From Phallusia mammillata (taxonomy: Eukaryota): a stretch of DNA of 64,000 bases. The stretch covers positions 4,650,001 to 4,714,000 of the forward strand of contig OZ281495.1 of the NCBI GenBank assembly GCA_965637545.1, written 5' to 3'. The notes under the pieces were generated by a model. It was not told where the DNA came from. It ran no database searches and saw only the letters and a list, made by a program, of their open reading frames with translations. The translations under genes and the position numbers were made by a program. Positions 22,860-35,315 of the stretch are shown piece after piece (the first letter of the stretch is position 1; every line of letters starts with the position of its first letter).

Positions 22860-24595
22860 ATGGCGAGTGTAGAAGGTCCGTTACTAAAACTTTATGACAT
22901 CATTTTCGGAACAATTGTTCCATGGTGGGAAACACTGTTAATGCTTTTCATATTTATTCTGTTTCTGATTGGACAAACAACTGACAATTACAAACCGGGC
23001 AAAGAGGAAGATCTGCTTTCATGTTGCAGAATAATTACAGGTGCGTAGTATTTAAATCAGAGGTGAGCAACCTTTGTTACTGTAGGGCCAATTACAAATG
23101 TCAAAATTAGACCACCCCTGATTTAAATGCTGCATGATATTACAGATTTTTGAGCTGTCTTGTCTTTTAGTTTTTTACCAAAGTATTTAACTGGTGCTTT
23201 GTATTGCAGATCCTCCTATTACACCTGTCGGAGGAAATCGCTGTAATAACTTTACCTCTTGCTGTTCTGTTAACTCCACCAAAGAAAGGTATAATATAAA
23301 ACTCGGTGAGTGCTGTGCTTTCTGCAACCTGGTGTACAAGTAGAAGTAAGCATTTGTTTAGCAAAGATTTATTTTAGACATTTCGTTTCCGGCACAAACT
23401 TCGTCTGACCTCACATGCGAAAAGGATAATCTGGGTAAGTATGTTTAATGATACAATAACGGTCCAAAAAAAACTTAGACGTAAAAAGCGGCATGCGTTT
23501 GAACAATTAAGCATGTCGCTTCTTACGTTTATTTGTCCCTACTTTACGTCTATAAACTTATGAACAATCAATCAATCAATTTAGTTTATTTGTTTCAGCG
23601 CCCACGTACAATAATAAAGACGAATAACATACGGTTAAACATATAAAACAAGCGTTAAAACAAAAAGGGTGCAGCTGGAGCCACAATTGGATATTTTTGC
23701 AAGCTGACCCTATCTATTTGTATATGGCGAATTTATGTACACATTGCGATAAGTAGAAGAAAAATAATAAGCACTGCGTTATACGACATCAAATTTTTCC
23801 CATTTAATAAATAAAATATTGACATGAAAGGTTGTGAAGATAAGAACAGATCCGTATCGTGTTCCTGGGTACGACTTTCACAGAGAGTTTTAACAAGAAT
23901 TATTCCTTTTAAATAACAAACGTTATTTAGCAGATGATCATGCCCTTGTTACCTGTGTTAATCAACTTTCCTGGGTAGAACGAAACTTCGGGTATTTCAT
24001 CACAATTTTGGCCTCCGTATTTGTGTTTGTGGTTCTTGTTTGGAGACTTAATCCGGAGGCCAGACTGGTTTTGAGCGAGTGGAATTTCATATTTGAAGAG
24101 ATATATGATATTTCACTTGACGAAATTATCCAGTTTAACGACAGAATATTAAGACCCCAACAACGACGAAGAAAGATCAATGACAGATATAAAGTCTTGA
24201 ACAAAATTAAAAAAATTGTAGTAGACTCTACCAGCGGGGAGAAAAGCTGGTACGTTAAACAACTTACATCGTATGCAATAAAAATTGGCTGCACTACCAT
24301 TATCACTATTGTCCTATGTTTTTGTTGCTACAATTATGTTCACTCTAACCATCGGTGCTCTATAAAGCAATATAAACCTGGAACTTACAGTTGCATTCTA
24401 AAATCCTATGAAGCATACTGGACAAACTTTATTTTATGTTTTATAGTCTTTGTCAGCATTATAACCATGATTTGCGCCCAATGGCGTCTACATAACAAAC
24501 AATTTGGCACCCCCGACTATATGGTAATGCTGCAGTCAAAACAAAAACAAGTTCTACCCGGTATCAGACAGAGACTGACGCAACTAGAAAATTAA
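22860..24595 (+). CDS. LRRC8/pannexin-like 4-TM channel lacking LRR domain, copy A (exons 22860-23040, 23378-23434, 23931-24595; 300 aa)
   Basis: In-frame GT-AG splicing (phase 1/1). Motifs TIVPWWE (LRRC8 KPWWD), TCVNQLSWVERNFGY..VWRLNP (LRRC8A VCYENRLHWFAKYFPY..FWFKFP), and HRC..TYSC before TM4; four hydrophobic segments; stop about 35 aa after TM4. Confidence 0.85.
23058..23120. mobile_element. 63-bp hAT mini-MITE in intron 1 of channel A
   Basis: TIRs CAGAGGTGAGCAAC / GACCACCCCTG; perfect TSD ATTTAAAT. Confidence 0.8.
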
Positions 24596-24652
24596 ATAAA
24601 AAAATAACATCAAAATATCTAAAAACAATTGTTCGCGTTTGTTATACTAAAC

Positions 24653-24709
24653 CAGGAGTGTGCAACAGGCGGCCCGCGGGCCACAATCAAAAATTGTTGC
24701 ACACCCCTG
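24653..24709. mobile_element. 57-bp hAT mini-MITE
   Basis: TIRs CAGGAGTGTGCAACA / TGTTGCACACCCCTG; TSD 6/8. Confidence 0.75.
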
Positions 24710-27356
24710 CACTATACCCTCTGTGCCACGGTGTGCTTTTTATTTGCGTTGCCATAAATGTCTCGCTTAAAATTTGATTGTTTTTCTTAGGCGTATCGCC
24801 GTCTAAAAACGCCGGTATTTGTGATTTGGTATGTTTCGGAAATTTTTATCAAAATAATCAAACAAAATGAAAACTCAGTATTGCTGACTTATACGTTGAA
24901 CTATACCTTACCGCTTTTTGCTACTGTGTGAATTTTTTGAGGTGATTTGTATGTTATATTTCTTTTGAAGAAAGTGTCACAATAGAAGCGTGACGTTATG
25001 ATTATAAAGTTTAACAAACAATTTATTATTATTACTGGTGCACTGTTTACATATTTTTGAACAAAGTAAAGCTTTTGTTTGGAAATAAAGTTCATTGTGT
25101 CGTTAATATGGCGCCCTGTTAAACATAAATTTGTCCAACCACTAGCTTGTGCTACTGAGCTGTTTACTGTGTTAATCGACACCGTATTATCCCAGAAGCT
25201 TTTGTGAAACTTGTTTGTCATGTAATGACTGAAAACAAACCTGCTGACTCATGATTACCTGTTAATCTGATTAAAACCTGAGCAAAGAGAAATTTATTGT
25301 AATTGAGCACCTGAATGGAGCTCCGTATGCGTAGATCGGTTATATCCAAACTTTTTAAAATATGGTTTAATGTAAAATTGTTTGTAGCTCCTCGTGTTTA
25401 ATTGCAAAGGCATTTATTGATTGGTCATGAGCTTTTTACTACCACATACAAAGTAACAGCCTCTAATATAAAACTTTGCTGTGGGTTACAAAAAGCCCTG
25501 CTGTCCAAAAAAAAAAACGTTTTCTGCTGGATTGTGCTTCACAGTGTCAAAAGCAGCGTCGCACACAAAGGATGTAAAAAAGACTAACCAGGCAATGCAA
25601 CTTTACAACATGATAATTAATCATTTCAATCCTCAATTCAATATATGCAACAAAGTTTTAGAAAAACGAATATGTTTCAAAAAAGCGTATTAACTTCTGC
25701 AAAAGTTGTACAGTCGGTAGATGACGCAAGAGAAAAAGTTATGCAGTCAATAGATACTGAGTTTTTCGCTATAAAGCACGTCAGTATTCCAGTGAATTAA
25801 TGCAGTCGCGGCTGATGCTTCACTATGAACACTGCAACGATTCTTGCCAATGCTCATTTTTCTTTCAATATTGTGTTAGCATGTTTGCGGGTTTTTTTTT
25901 GTAGAAGCCGTTCTTGTCCTTTTTGGAGCACACGCGCGTTGATTGTCACATTCCCACGCTTGCAAAAGCCTTTCTGAGGCGTGTTCCGCGCTGTAGTTCG
26001 ATAGCGTTTCATTCTGTTTGAGAGGGGCGTTGTGCACGTTTTGCCCTACACTTGTAACTTAGTGAAACCTGTAAATGACAGCTTTAAAGCTGTTGGAAGA
26101 ATCACAAAACCCTAACAAACGTTTGTTAGTAAACGCATCAGCTGTTTTGTTGTTATTGTACGTTTGCTTGAGTGTAAACAAGTTTGTTGAAGGATCTGGA
26201 AACTGTTTTAATAACAGACATGTATGATCCGTAAGCTGTGCTGTAGGTTTAAACTTGTTAACATGTCACCAGTTAGATCTAATTGATGATTACGACCAGA
26301 TTAGATGAGAACTTGAAAGCACTAGTTAAAAGAGGAAGGCGCGATGTTTCAAATGGCGAACAACTTTTTGTGCATTACAGAAGTGAGTGTAAGGAAACTG
26401 TAGAGTTATTGACAGAACCTGTCTGTATGACACGCCAAATGATAAACTAAATACTATTTTACAAACAATCTATCAAACTGAACTTGGCGGACAATATTAT
26501 GTATCCTTATTTATACACTCAAAAACCTCTTCTTTCAATTTTTTATCAACATTTATAATTTGAATTGTAATCAAACAACTATTTGAATGGGCCCATTTTG
26601 ACCTGTGATTCCTGGAAACTAGGCAAAATATCGATTGCGCTTTCTAACTGCATGCATCGATAAAATACATCAATTTAAATATTAATGTTTAGAAAACAAT
26701 TTCAAAATCATCTATATGCACAATTTATATACTCCCCCTTGGGTACCACTTTTAGACACTGCGTTAATATTTTAAATATAACACGACAAAGTTAAACGTG
26801 ATCAATTTGAATAACACAAAGTTAAACGTGTTCAATTTGCGTGGTGGATATATGACAAACAGTTTTCGTACAAGATTGTTTTAACTGGAAGTCTTGTTTA
26901 ATCGTTACACAGCAACTACTAGAAATTCGAGAACAAAACCATATGATTTGTTTGTTTTGAATTAGTACAACTAACGTAGTGTATACCACCCTGTTATGCC
27001 TTTTTGCTGTTGACATTCTACAACTGTAAGCGGCGGACGGGTTTATATTGGTGACTTTTGTTTTGCTACAAGTGTTATTGTTTGTCGTTATCACGTAAAC
27101 CAATATTCCCATACAAAAAAGAGAAGTTTTAGGGAATACCGTAGTGATTCGCATCCCAGTGTCAATCTTCTTTGTTTGATGCAAAACCTTCTTCACTGAT
27201 GTAGACGAAGGTAAACCTGAGTTGAATAACAAGCTATGTTACCAATATTAGCAAAACCACTCGCTATAAAGCAGAGTATTTCCCAACAGATTCAGTCATA
27301 GGAATTGGTTGGTCGAGTTGTCGTTGTGGAAGGTAATAACTGTTTCAAACTTTTCA

Positions 27357-27460
27357 ACTGAAGATTGCTAAACGAGTGCGGAAACAACAATGAAAAAGCA
27401 AAACAATCTCTTGTTAAGGACCTCGAAAGGCAGTGACATTTGAAGGCACCAAATGTCTCG
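27357..27460 (+). pseudogene. Frameshifted fragment of a small-protein (S-family) gene, paralog of S2
   Basis: ACTGAAGAT..GAGTGCGGAAACAACAATGAAAAAGCAAAACAATCTCTTGTTAAGGACCTCGAAAGGCAGTG aligns to S2 (TED..EC...EKAKQSLVKDLE.AV) with indels; upstream about 26940-27340 is homologous to about 28670-29070. Confidence 0.8.
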
Positions 27461-27784
27461 GGTTCAAAACGCGTTTCTTAAATTAAAACCTAAGAATAAA
27501 ACGCTACTCATTACATTTGCGCAAGATTCTTTATATTTCTTTATCTTTATAAATATGCTTTGTTTAAGATTTCCTTGACCTTTTTACACCAGCTATGAAT
27601 CTGTCACATTTACTACTTTGGCTATGGTATGAATTTGTAGATCTTCAGTGGGTCATGTTTAATATTATTTTCAGTATTTAGCGTAAAAGCAGTGTAACTT
27701 GTTTCTGGTTTTTCTGGTTTTCTGGATTTTTCTGGTAAAATCTACTCTTTTTCATCATGTTCTTTGACAAAAAATGCCCTAAAG

Positions 27785-27891
27785 CATCGGTTCCCAACCT
27801 GTGGGTCGCGACTCCAACTGGGACTGCCTGACAATTTGCCAGGGGTCGCCTAAGGCATGGCTAACGACACAAGAAAGGTTGGGAACCGCTG
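27785..27891. mobile_element. hAT-type MITE
   Basis: TIRs CATCGGTTCCCAACC / GGTTGGGAACCGCTG; perfect TSD CCCTAAAG. Confidence 0.85.
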
Positions 27892-29071
27892 CCCTAAAGC
27901 CTGTTGTACAGATTTGTTTTTGGCAGTCGCCGCTACACAGCGCAAAAGAGCAATCATTGCGGCAGTTTTAGGTATTAATTACGAAGTACGAAAGTGGGAT
28001 CATTGTTAATTTTTACTGCATTAATTTTACCACTGGCAACAGATTTCATAAACCTAGCACGTGGATGCAATCAAAATTAGAAGGTGGCGTAATGTTTGGT
28101 AAAAATGAGACGAAATTAAAACAATTTAGACATAGAACAGAAACAGCTGCAAATAAATACCTTTGTGTAACAGGTCACTTAAACCTGTTCCTGGTACTAT
28201 AAAATGGGACGAACTGTTGTGTATAAATAAGTGGTTTTGTTAAGTTTCTCTGGTGCCTGGCACCAATCCCGGCAGCGCAAACCAATTGCACGTTTATATT
28301 CGAGTACTGAGTGAACCTGTTACACTATTTGTTTTCAGTTTTTTATCATGTCATTGTTTTCAAATCCAGCCGCGTGCACAAAACGCTCTGCTTTTTCCTA
28401 AATATTGATATTAGCACAAAATCACAATAATATTATCACTTAGATGCATGTTGGCACGCAAAGTCATTATGACGTGGAAATAACAAGTAAATTGGCACGT
28501 TTCGCTCAAAAGGTTGGCGACCCCAGGTCTGGTGCAATCCAAACAACTGGTATTATTTATACCTGATTCATGAAACAACAGGGAAGCAAGTACAGTTTCC
28601 CTACAAGGTTGTTTTTACTGCTGCAAGTTGCGCAATCATGACAGCTCACGGACAAAAACGAGAACAAAACCATATTATTTGTTTGTTTAAAATCATTACA
28701 ACTACGTAACCAACCCTGCTATTGTGCTTTTTTGTTTTGACATTCTCTACAATTGTTAGCGTCAGGCAGGTTTGTAAAGTCGGACTTGGTTACAAGCGTC
28801 ACTGGTTGTCGTTACACCTCAGAATGTTGGGAGTACGGAAGTGATAATCGCATTCCAGTTTATAGTAAAATTAACCAATCATTATCCTCCTGTTTTGTAC
28901 AAAAACTTTAACACTGATGTGGGCCACACCAAAAAAAAACTTCGAGCGAGGGTTAAATTATAAGCCACATGTGACCATAGCAACAAACCACTCGCTAAAA
29001 AAGCAAAGAGATTTTCCTGAGAGCTTCAGTCGCAGAAACAAGAAGGTTATTGTGGTGATAACGTTGTCGCC

Positions 29072-29359
29072 ATGGAAGTTAACAAACGTTTGAGACTTCT
29101 CAATAAAATTACTGAAGATGTCAAGCCAGAAGAGTGCAAATATGACAAGGAAAAAGCAAAACAATCTCTTGTTAAAGATCTCGAAAAAGCAGTGGAGTTC
29201 AAAGACACCGAATATCTCAGCAACGTTTACAGGGAGAGTCAGCTGTTCCGACAAAAAATAGCTAAAGAAGCTTGGGATACTTTCACGGCAAACATGGCTA
29301 AAAGCGACGAAAACCGCAAGGCTTTTCAAGCAATTTTACAGACATGCATTGTTGCTTGA
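29072..29359 (+). CDS. Small helical protein S2 (95 aa; cassette 2), C-terminal CaaX-like CIVA
   Basis: Intact ORF, close paralog of S1 (LLNKITEDV..EEC..DKEKAK..L..DL.KAVE.KD.EY..NVYRESQL.RQKI.KEAW.TFTA.M). Confidence 0.85.
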   Translation: MEVNKRLRLLNKITEDVKPEECKYDKEKAKQSLVKDLEKAVEFKDTEYLSNVYRESQLFRQKIAKEAWDTFTANMAKSDENRKAFQAILQTCIVA

Positions 29360-29615
29360 GCAGTTCTCATATTTACATATGTGTTAATTAAATGCTGATA
29401 CTAGCCCTTACTAATCAATGCAGCTTTACGTCATGTATTTGGAAACGGGAACATATACTTTGTGTGTTTAAGAGTTTACTGCATTTATCACAAAAATGTC
29501 AACACTTTGTTGTGTAATTAGATTTTATATTTACTGTTCTTTTTACCTGGTATTGTGTGCTCTATATGTGGAGCAATACGGTTTTTCACCGACATAAAAA
29601 AACGTTGAATAAAAC

Positions 29616-29850
29616 ATGTCTATAGACATAGTTGAAAAAACATTACTGAAACTTTATGACATCATTTTTGGAACAATTGTTCCTTGGTGGGAAACGCTTT
29701 TCATGCTTGCTATATTTATTTTGTTCCTGATTGGACACACAACTGACAACTACATCCCGGGATCAGAAAAAAATCTTCTCATTATTTTAAACTCCATGTA
29801 ACCATCGATCTTTTCTTAATCTGCTGTGAAATTTCAAACAATACTCTCGA
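29616..29850 (+). pseudogene. Truncated LRRC8/pannexin-like channel copy B (exon 1 only)
   Basis: KLYDIIFGTIVPWWETLFML.IFILFLIG.TTDNY nearly identical to copy A. An insertion of about 40 nt with a stop at 29801 separates NLL from TGCTGT (CC). No exon 2/3 before S3 begins. Confidence 0.8.
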
Positions 29851-29973
29851 TATGAGACCTTAAAAACTTTGAAGCTTGTTTAGGCTTAACAATGAAAATT
29901 AATGCTTCGTTTTGCAGACTATTTCTCCATTTTAACAATGCCTGTGTACGTGTAAGTGGGACACAGAATCGAG

Positions 29974-30264
29974 ATGCAAGCTAATGCCTGTCTGTCACTA
30001 CTGGAAATGATCACAGAAGACATCATACTAAAAGAGTACAACAACAAAGATGATGATGCGACCGAATCTTTTGTCGCCGATTTGGAAAAAGCCTGGAATT
30101 TGAAAGATATACAATACATAGCCTATGTTGTGCAAGAGAGTCAACTAGAGCGGCAGAAAATAACTGGTGCAGCCCTCAAAAAGTTCCTTAAAAAAATCGG
30201 AGAAGACAATAAGAAAATACTGCTTCAGAAAGTGAATGAAATAGGTTCTGTGATGGTCATGTAA
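29974..30264 (+). CDS. Small helical protein S3 (96 aa from the first in-frame ATG; cassette 3)
   Basis: Divergent member: LSLLEMITED...DLEKA...KDIQYI..VVQESQLERQKIT; acceptor TTTTGCAG near 29918. Confidence 0.8.
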   Translation: MQANACLSLLEMITEDIILKEYNNKDDDATESFVADLEKAWNLKDIQYIAYVVQESQLERQKITGAALKKFLKKIGEDNKKILLQKVNEIGSVMVM

Positions 30265-31050
30265 AACATTGATTGAAACGTTTATAGCTTAAAGACAACT
30301 TACTTGTCCGAATGTAGATTTTCAGCCACAGTTAAAACTGTGTTTGCATCCATGCCGAAACCCTTTGGTGGACATATACTGATGTAAAATATGTTAAAAC
30401 ACTCTTCATGTTCAAATGTTACTTAAAGGCCGCCTCAGCAGGTCTTTGTAATGTTCCGCTGTAAGTTCGTTCAAAATTGTAAAAACAAATGTCAAAACTT
30501 ATGCGGCTAATTGCTTTTAGCTACAAATTAGCGTCGCTTATTTGCTGGTCTTCTTGCTTTATTTCTTTGAAAATAACCGCTGTAAATGATAAAACGTTGA
30601 AATTTTTTATACCAATACGTTTGTCTTGTGTATTTTGTTTACAAATTAATTTTAAAATAGTGCGTGTCTAAAACATATGTACGTTATACACTGATAACCC
30701 TTTGTTTTAAGTATCAAACTTGATCCCAACCTCGATAACCCGACCGCAAGTGTCAGGCATTTCTTCATCGACACGTTTTTTGAATCAGGGTATTTCCCTG
30801 AACCTGGCGTACCAATTAATTTAGTGAGCTATTTTGCCGCGTCACCCTTTTTTATTAAACTTCAAAACTCCCGCTGCAGTAAGCCTTGTTTTATTGTTTA
30901 CAGCCCAAAATTTCTTCATTTGCGTGCTATTTAGTTTTATGTAGTTTCTTGTTATGGATTTCAGTGCATACTAAATTCCTCAGATATACGCAAAGCACAA
31001 TGTATTCATTCGTGTAATTACTCATATTTAGTTTTGTTTCAGGCAGCAAA

Positions 31051-32511
31051 ATGCCAGTCATAGACGATTTTTCATTAAAACTGTTTGAATACCCATTTTT
31101 GACAATAGTTCCCTGGTGGGAAACATGTTTGATGTTCTTTCTTGTCGTTATGCTAGTTCTCGGGCAAATGGCTGAAAACTACATTCCTGGATCCGAAGAC
31201 AAACTTCTTTCGTGTTGCAAAACTAACTTGGGTATTTATTTTTTCATATTGTGGATCATACGGTAAACATAAAAATACAGTAATAAAATTAAGTAACTAT
31301 AAAGCGTAACACATTTAGAACCATAAGTTTATCAAAAAAGTTAAGGTATTTAAACACAAAGTTACAAACAAGCGTGGCTTTCGGAATCAAAAAACATTAA
31401 TCAGTAAAATAACGGTAACCTGCCATCCTGTCTAGTAGTTTATTTTGGAGATTTTGTTTTCATGCAATTATAATTGTTTGTTAAAAGTTAACCATCCATT
31501 AACACAATTGTTCATCAATAATATGTATTGCAGTTGTCTGTGCGGAAGATCAATGCGATCACATACCTACAAGCAACATATTTAATTCAAGTGCAACATA
31601 CGACTTCTGCGAAAGCACAACACCAGGTTCGTTGACATGAAAGCTGAACTTCAACTTTTTATGCAACAAACTACCTTAAGACCCAAATATTTTTCAGATT
31701 TTATTTACGTGAAGTTGTCCTCATTGTCCGATCGAAACTACCTAACAAATCACCTGTTTTGTCGAGATGAATCTATCGGTTTGTTCTTCTGTTTTAGTGG
31801 TTCCACACAAACCTACTATCTACCTGCTTATCCAAGTTTATTGTCGTTTTTTCAGACCCCCATGCCATTGCTTCCTGTGTTTTTCAACTCTCCTGGATAG
31901 AACGGAACTTTGAGTGTTTCATAACTATATTGGCTCTCTTGATGGGTACCCTTGTTTTTAGTTGGAGATTACATCCGGAGGCACGGTTTGTCATGAGCGG
32001 ATGGAAGTTTGTGTATGAGCATCTAGACACCATTTCAGTAGATCAAGTAGAAAAATTTAACACCAATCGATTTAAGCCACAAGAAAAACGAAAAAGTAAT
32101 AAAGTTAATGAACAACTGGACAAAATGAAAACAATTGTACTAAACTCTTCGTTAAACCAAAGCTCGGTTTTAATCAACTTAACCTCGTACTGTATAAAAA
32201 TTATTTTGACTGTTGCTCTTATTGTTGGTCTCGGTTTAAGTTGGTATTTTTTTCTAAAGCCCGACTATTTGTGCTACACAAAACACCATCATCCAAAAAC
32301 TTACCGTTGTATAATAAAAGCGTATAATTCCTATGTTACAGTGGCCTTTTTATCCATTTGCACTTTAACTTTCTCTTTCGCTGTTATGTTATGTGCGTGG
32401 GGACGCCTGAAAGGGCAAAAATTTGGGTCTAAAAATTACATGTTAGAAATGTTGTCAGCACAAAAACGTTTGTCTTTGAAACAAAAACAGATCGCTAACA
32501 AATTCCAATAA
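31051..32511 (+). CDS. LRRC8/pannexin-like 4-TM channel lacking LRR domain, copy C (exons 31051-31231, 31534-31626, 31856-32511; 309 aa)
   Basis: In-frame splicing; exon 1 is 181 nt as in copy A; TIVPWWE, SCVFQLSWIERNF, WRLHP, YLC...KTYRC (LRRC8A RTYRC), QKFGS. Confidence 0.85.
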
Positions 32512-35315
32512 AACAATTTAAGTTGTTTGCTATTTTTTATGTGCCACTTTGAGTTTAAAAATGGTCTCAATGTACAGTTCGTTTTCTGGAAACACGAATG
32601 TTTCCTCGACGTCCCACAAGTCAATCGTAAATAATTTTTAGTGATGTGTAAAACACAAACGACTAAAAGTCTAGTTTAATTGTTCCATAATCAATTAAGT
32701 TGGTTGTGTGTAAATAACCAGTACCAAGTTGTAAATAAAAAAGTTGCACAATTTCCTTTTTCAAATATATTTTCCGATGTACGTTTTTACTACATTCCTG
32801 CAGACATAACATAATAAATCTATGCAAACAGCAAATAAAATATTATGCAATTGTAATGTCAATCTTATCAAATGAAGTAATCAAGCCATGCGCCTAGGTT
32901 TCTACTATCACGCCATGCATTGAATAGGAGTAACTGTGGTTTTGGTGGTGGCGGGTCTTAACAACAGTGCTGCCAGGGTCGTTTTTTTCACACAAATGGA
33001 TGATTTTTGAAATCAAGTTGTGGGTTTTCAAAAAGCCTATTGTTGTTATTGTACATGCTTTTTCGCAATGAAATTATTAACGGTACAACTGGGCTCGTTT
33101 TGAGCTTGTTTGCGATCTTGGCTAGTTTTGACAAGCAGGTTTGCGGCTTGTAAGGGTTTGACCTGGCAACACTGCATTAGAATGTGATGCATTTATTTTT
33201 GTATGAATATGCAAATATCGCTCACCTTTACCTGTTTGCACACTTTGGTTTCAACACTCGTAACTGTTGGGTTGTCGTAGCAGTTTCGGATTCTGTATCA
33301 CTGTAGTGTAATGCTTGATTACGACAAAATGTATCCTTTTTGCGTGTATTTGCGTATTAGTGAAATTATACTTGCAATAGAATAGTAACAAATTACAAAT
33401 CGTGCCAAATACTTACTGGAGACTAATGGAAAGAAAACTCGTTTTTTACAACAAACAACTTTTTTCACCACTATAGACTTGCAGCATGGACAGAGATGTT
33501 TAAAAATGCTTACACTTTGCCAAATGACGTCATGTTTTGTAGCAAATAGCGAGTATTCATGCGCCAAAGAGCGGGAAGTACATCTCCCACTCCCCGGCAT
33601 GCTATAATCATAGATGACGCAATCAATTTTGAATAAGTGTGACGTATTGTAAGTTAGTTAGATAGTAACCCCTTATTGAGGTTTGCTTTGTATGTTTTGC
33701 CTAATGGTTAGTGAGATAGGTAGATAATTATAGGAGAAGCGCATCGACTTGGACAGAAAGAACCTCTATGTACTCCGTCATTTTAATCAAACTGGACTAT
33801 GACCAATTTCTGCATAAGCCTGTACAAGACTTCAAAAAACAACTAGGTAAACCATTTGACACAACAGGCCTATGTACAGCGTTTTTTATGTTGTTGTTAC
33901 AAGACCCAGAAGCTCTTGTATTTTTATACTACTTGGGCCAATTAGTTTAAAAAAGGTTTACTTGCACTTGCGATGTTGAAATGCAGCATCCAAAAAGGCA
34001 GTCTCGATCCCTAAATACTTTATATGTCCTTTTCTGATTTAAATATTTCACAGAAATATTTTCACAGAAAACAGAAATTTCACAGAAATATATTTAATCA
34101 ACTTTTTGTGATTTAGTTCATATAAGTATGCATATAACGCATTTATATTCTTTTTTGGTTATTTGCTTTTTCACCGTTTCAGGTTTACAGTAAATATAAC
34201 AAAAAAATTGTCTTACATGTCCTGTTGATTGTTACGTTTTGATTGTTGTCTCGATATCAGAATTTGATGCCAAAAAGCGAACACCTACCAAATTTCCAAA
34301 CAAACTTTTTCAGTGTGGAAAATAAAACTAAATTGTAGATATAAATGTAAATATTTGACAAAAAAAACAATGAGGATGGTACCAATTGTTATCACCTCTT
34401 TAATTGGGTTTTAAAGAAAAGCTCTGGAATGTATTTCGGTAATTTGATAAATGTATGACGACAAAGATTATATTGTAAGTTTTGAAATTGGGAGGTTAAT
34501 TGTATTGTTTTATTTTTGGCCACAGGTTTTTTTACTGTAGGGATGTTTTATAACCAATGTGCACAAGCCAAATTAATGCAACAGTCAATTGCGATTCAGG
34601 TAAAGCAAATATGTAACTTGGGGCTTTTCAGGTCACCATTCGAAGTTCAACAGAAACTTATTTGATTCGAGCCTGATTTTACACTCGTGCAAATTTGATT
34701 TGTAATTTTACGTTAGTCAACCTAATTTTCTTTACTATTCGTGCAAATCATGGCACATTTCCATGATCATCAAAACAAAACTTACCATGTAGATTTATTT
34801 ACAGCGGTGACAGCCTTAAATGTCTAAAAAGATTTCAAATGGAATATTTTTCTGATCGTATTGTGCTTTTGTATCAATTACGGAGGTAATGATGTTTGCA
34901 AATCCCTTCTGCTTGTTGTTGTTGTATGTGTTTACTTCATTGCAGTTTTATCCTTTGGCGATTCTTTGTGCTATGCTGATGATGGCTTGACTTTTGGATG
35001 AACTAAAACGCATGGATTTTTTCCACGTACAAACTCAGGTCGGTTAAAAAATTACATTTTTGATTATTATATGCTGTAACGTCCCGTGAACGCATGACGA
35101 ACGCATTTCTTGCTAGTCAGCGCAATATTATACAATCAGGAGCGGCTCGTACGAGGGGGCTGCGGAGCTTGTCGCGCACTTGGAAAAGCTACATGCCGGG
35201 CGAAATAGGCGCGAGGAGGCTGTGGCTCGCGCAGCCCATCCCGTGACGTAGCGCTAGTTGTGTTGTTCGCTTCGCGTCAGTAAGCTCCAAAGCCAAACCC
35301 GTGTACTGTTAAGTT

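Noticed and set aside
22860-24595. Innexin or connexin identity for the 4-TM proteins
   Set aside because: No innexin YYQW signature and no connexin three-Cys loop pattern; the motifs fit the LRRC8/pannexin-like domain better.
26822-27232. 136-aa minus-strand ORF
   Set aside because: It overlaps the decayed duplicate of the S2 upstream region; its frame is not kept in the paralog and it has no recognisable motif.
32770-33950. Possible small exons on both strands (for example minus 33299-33232, plus 33734-33847)
   Set aside because: Splice-like borders are present, but I could not build a coherent ORF or find any homology.
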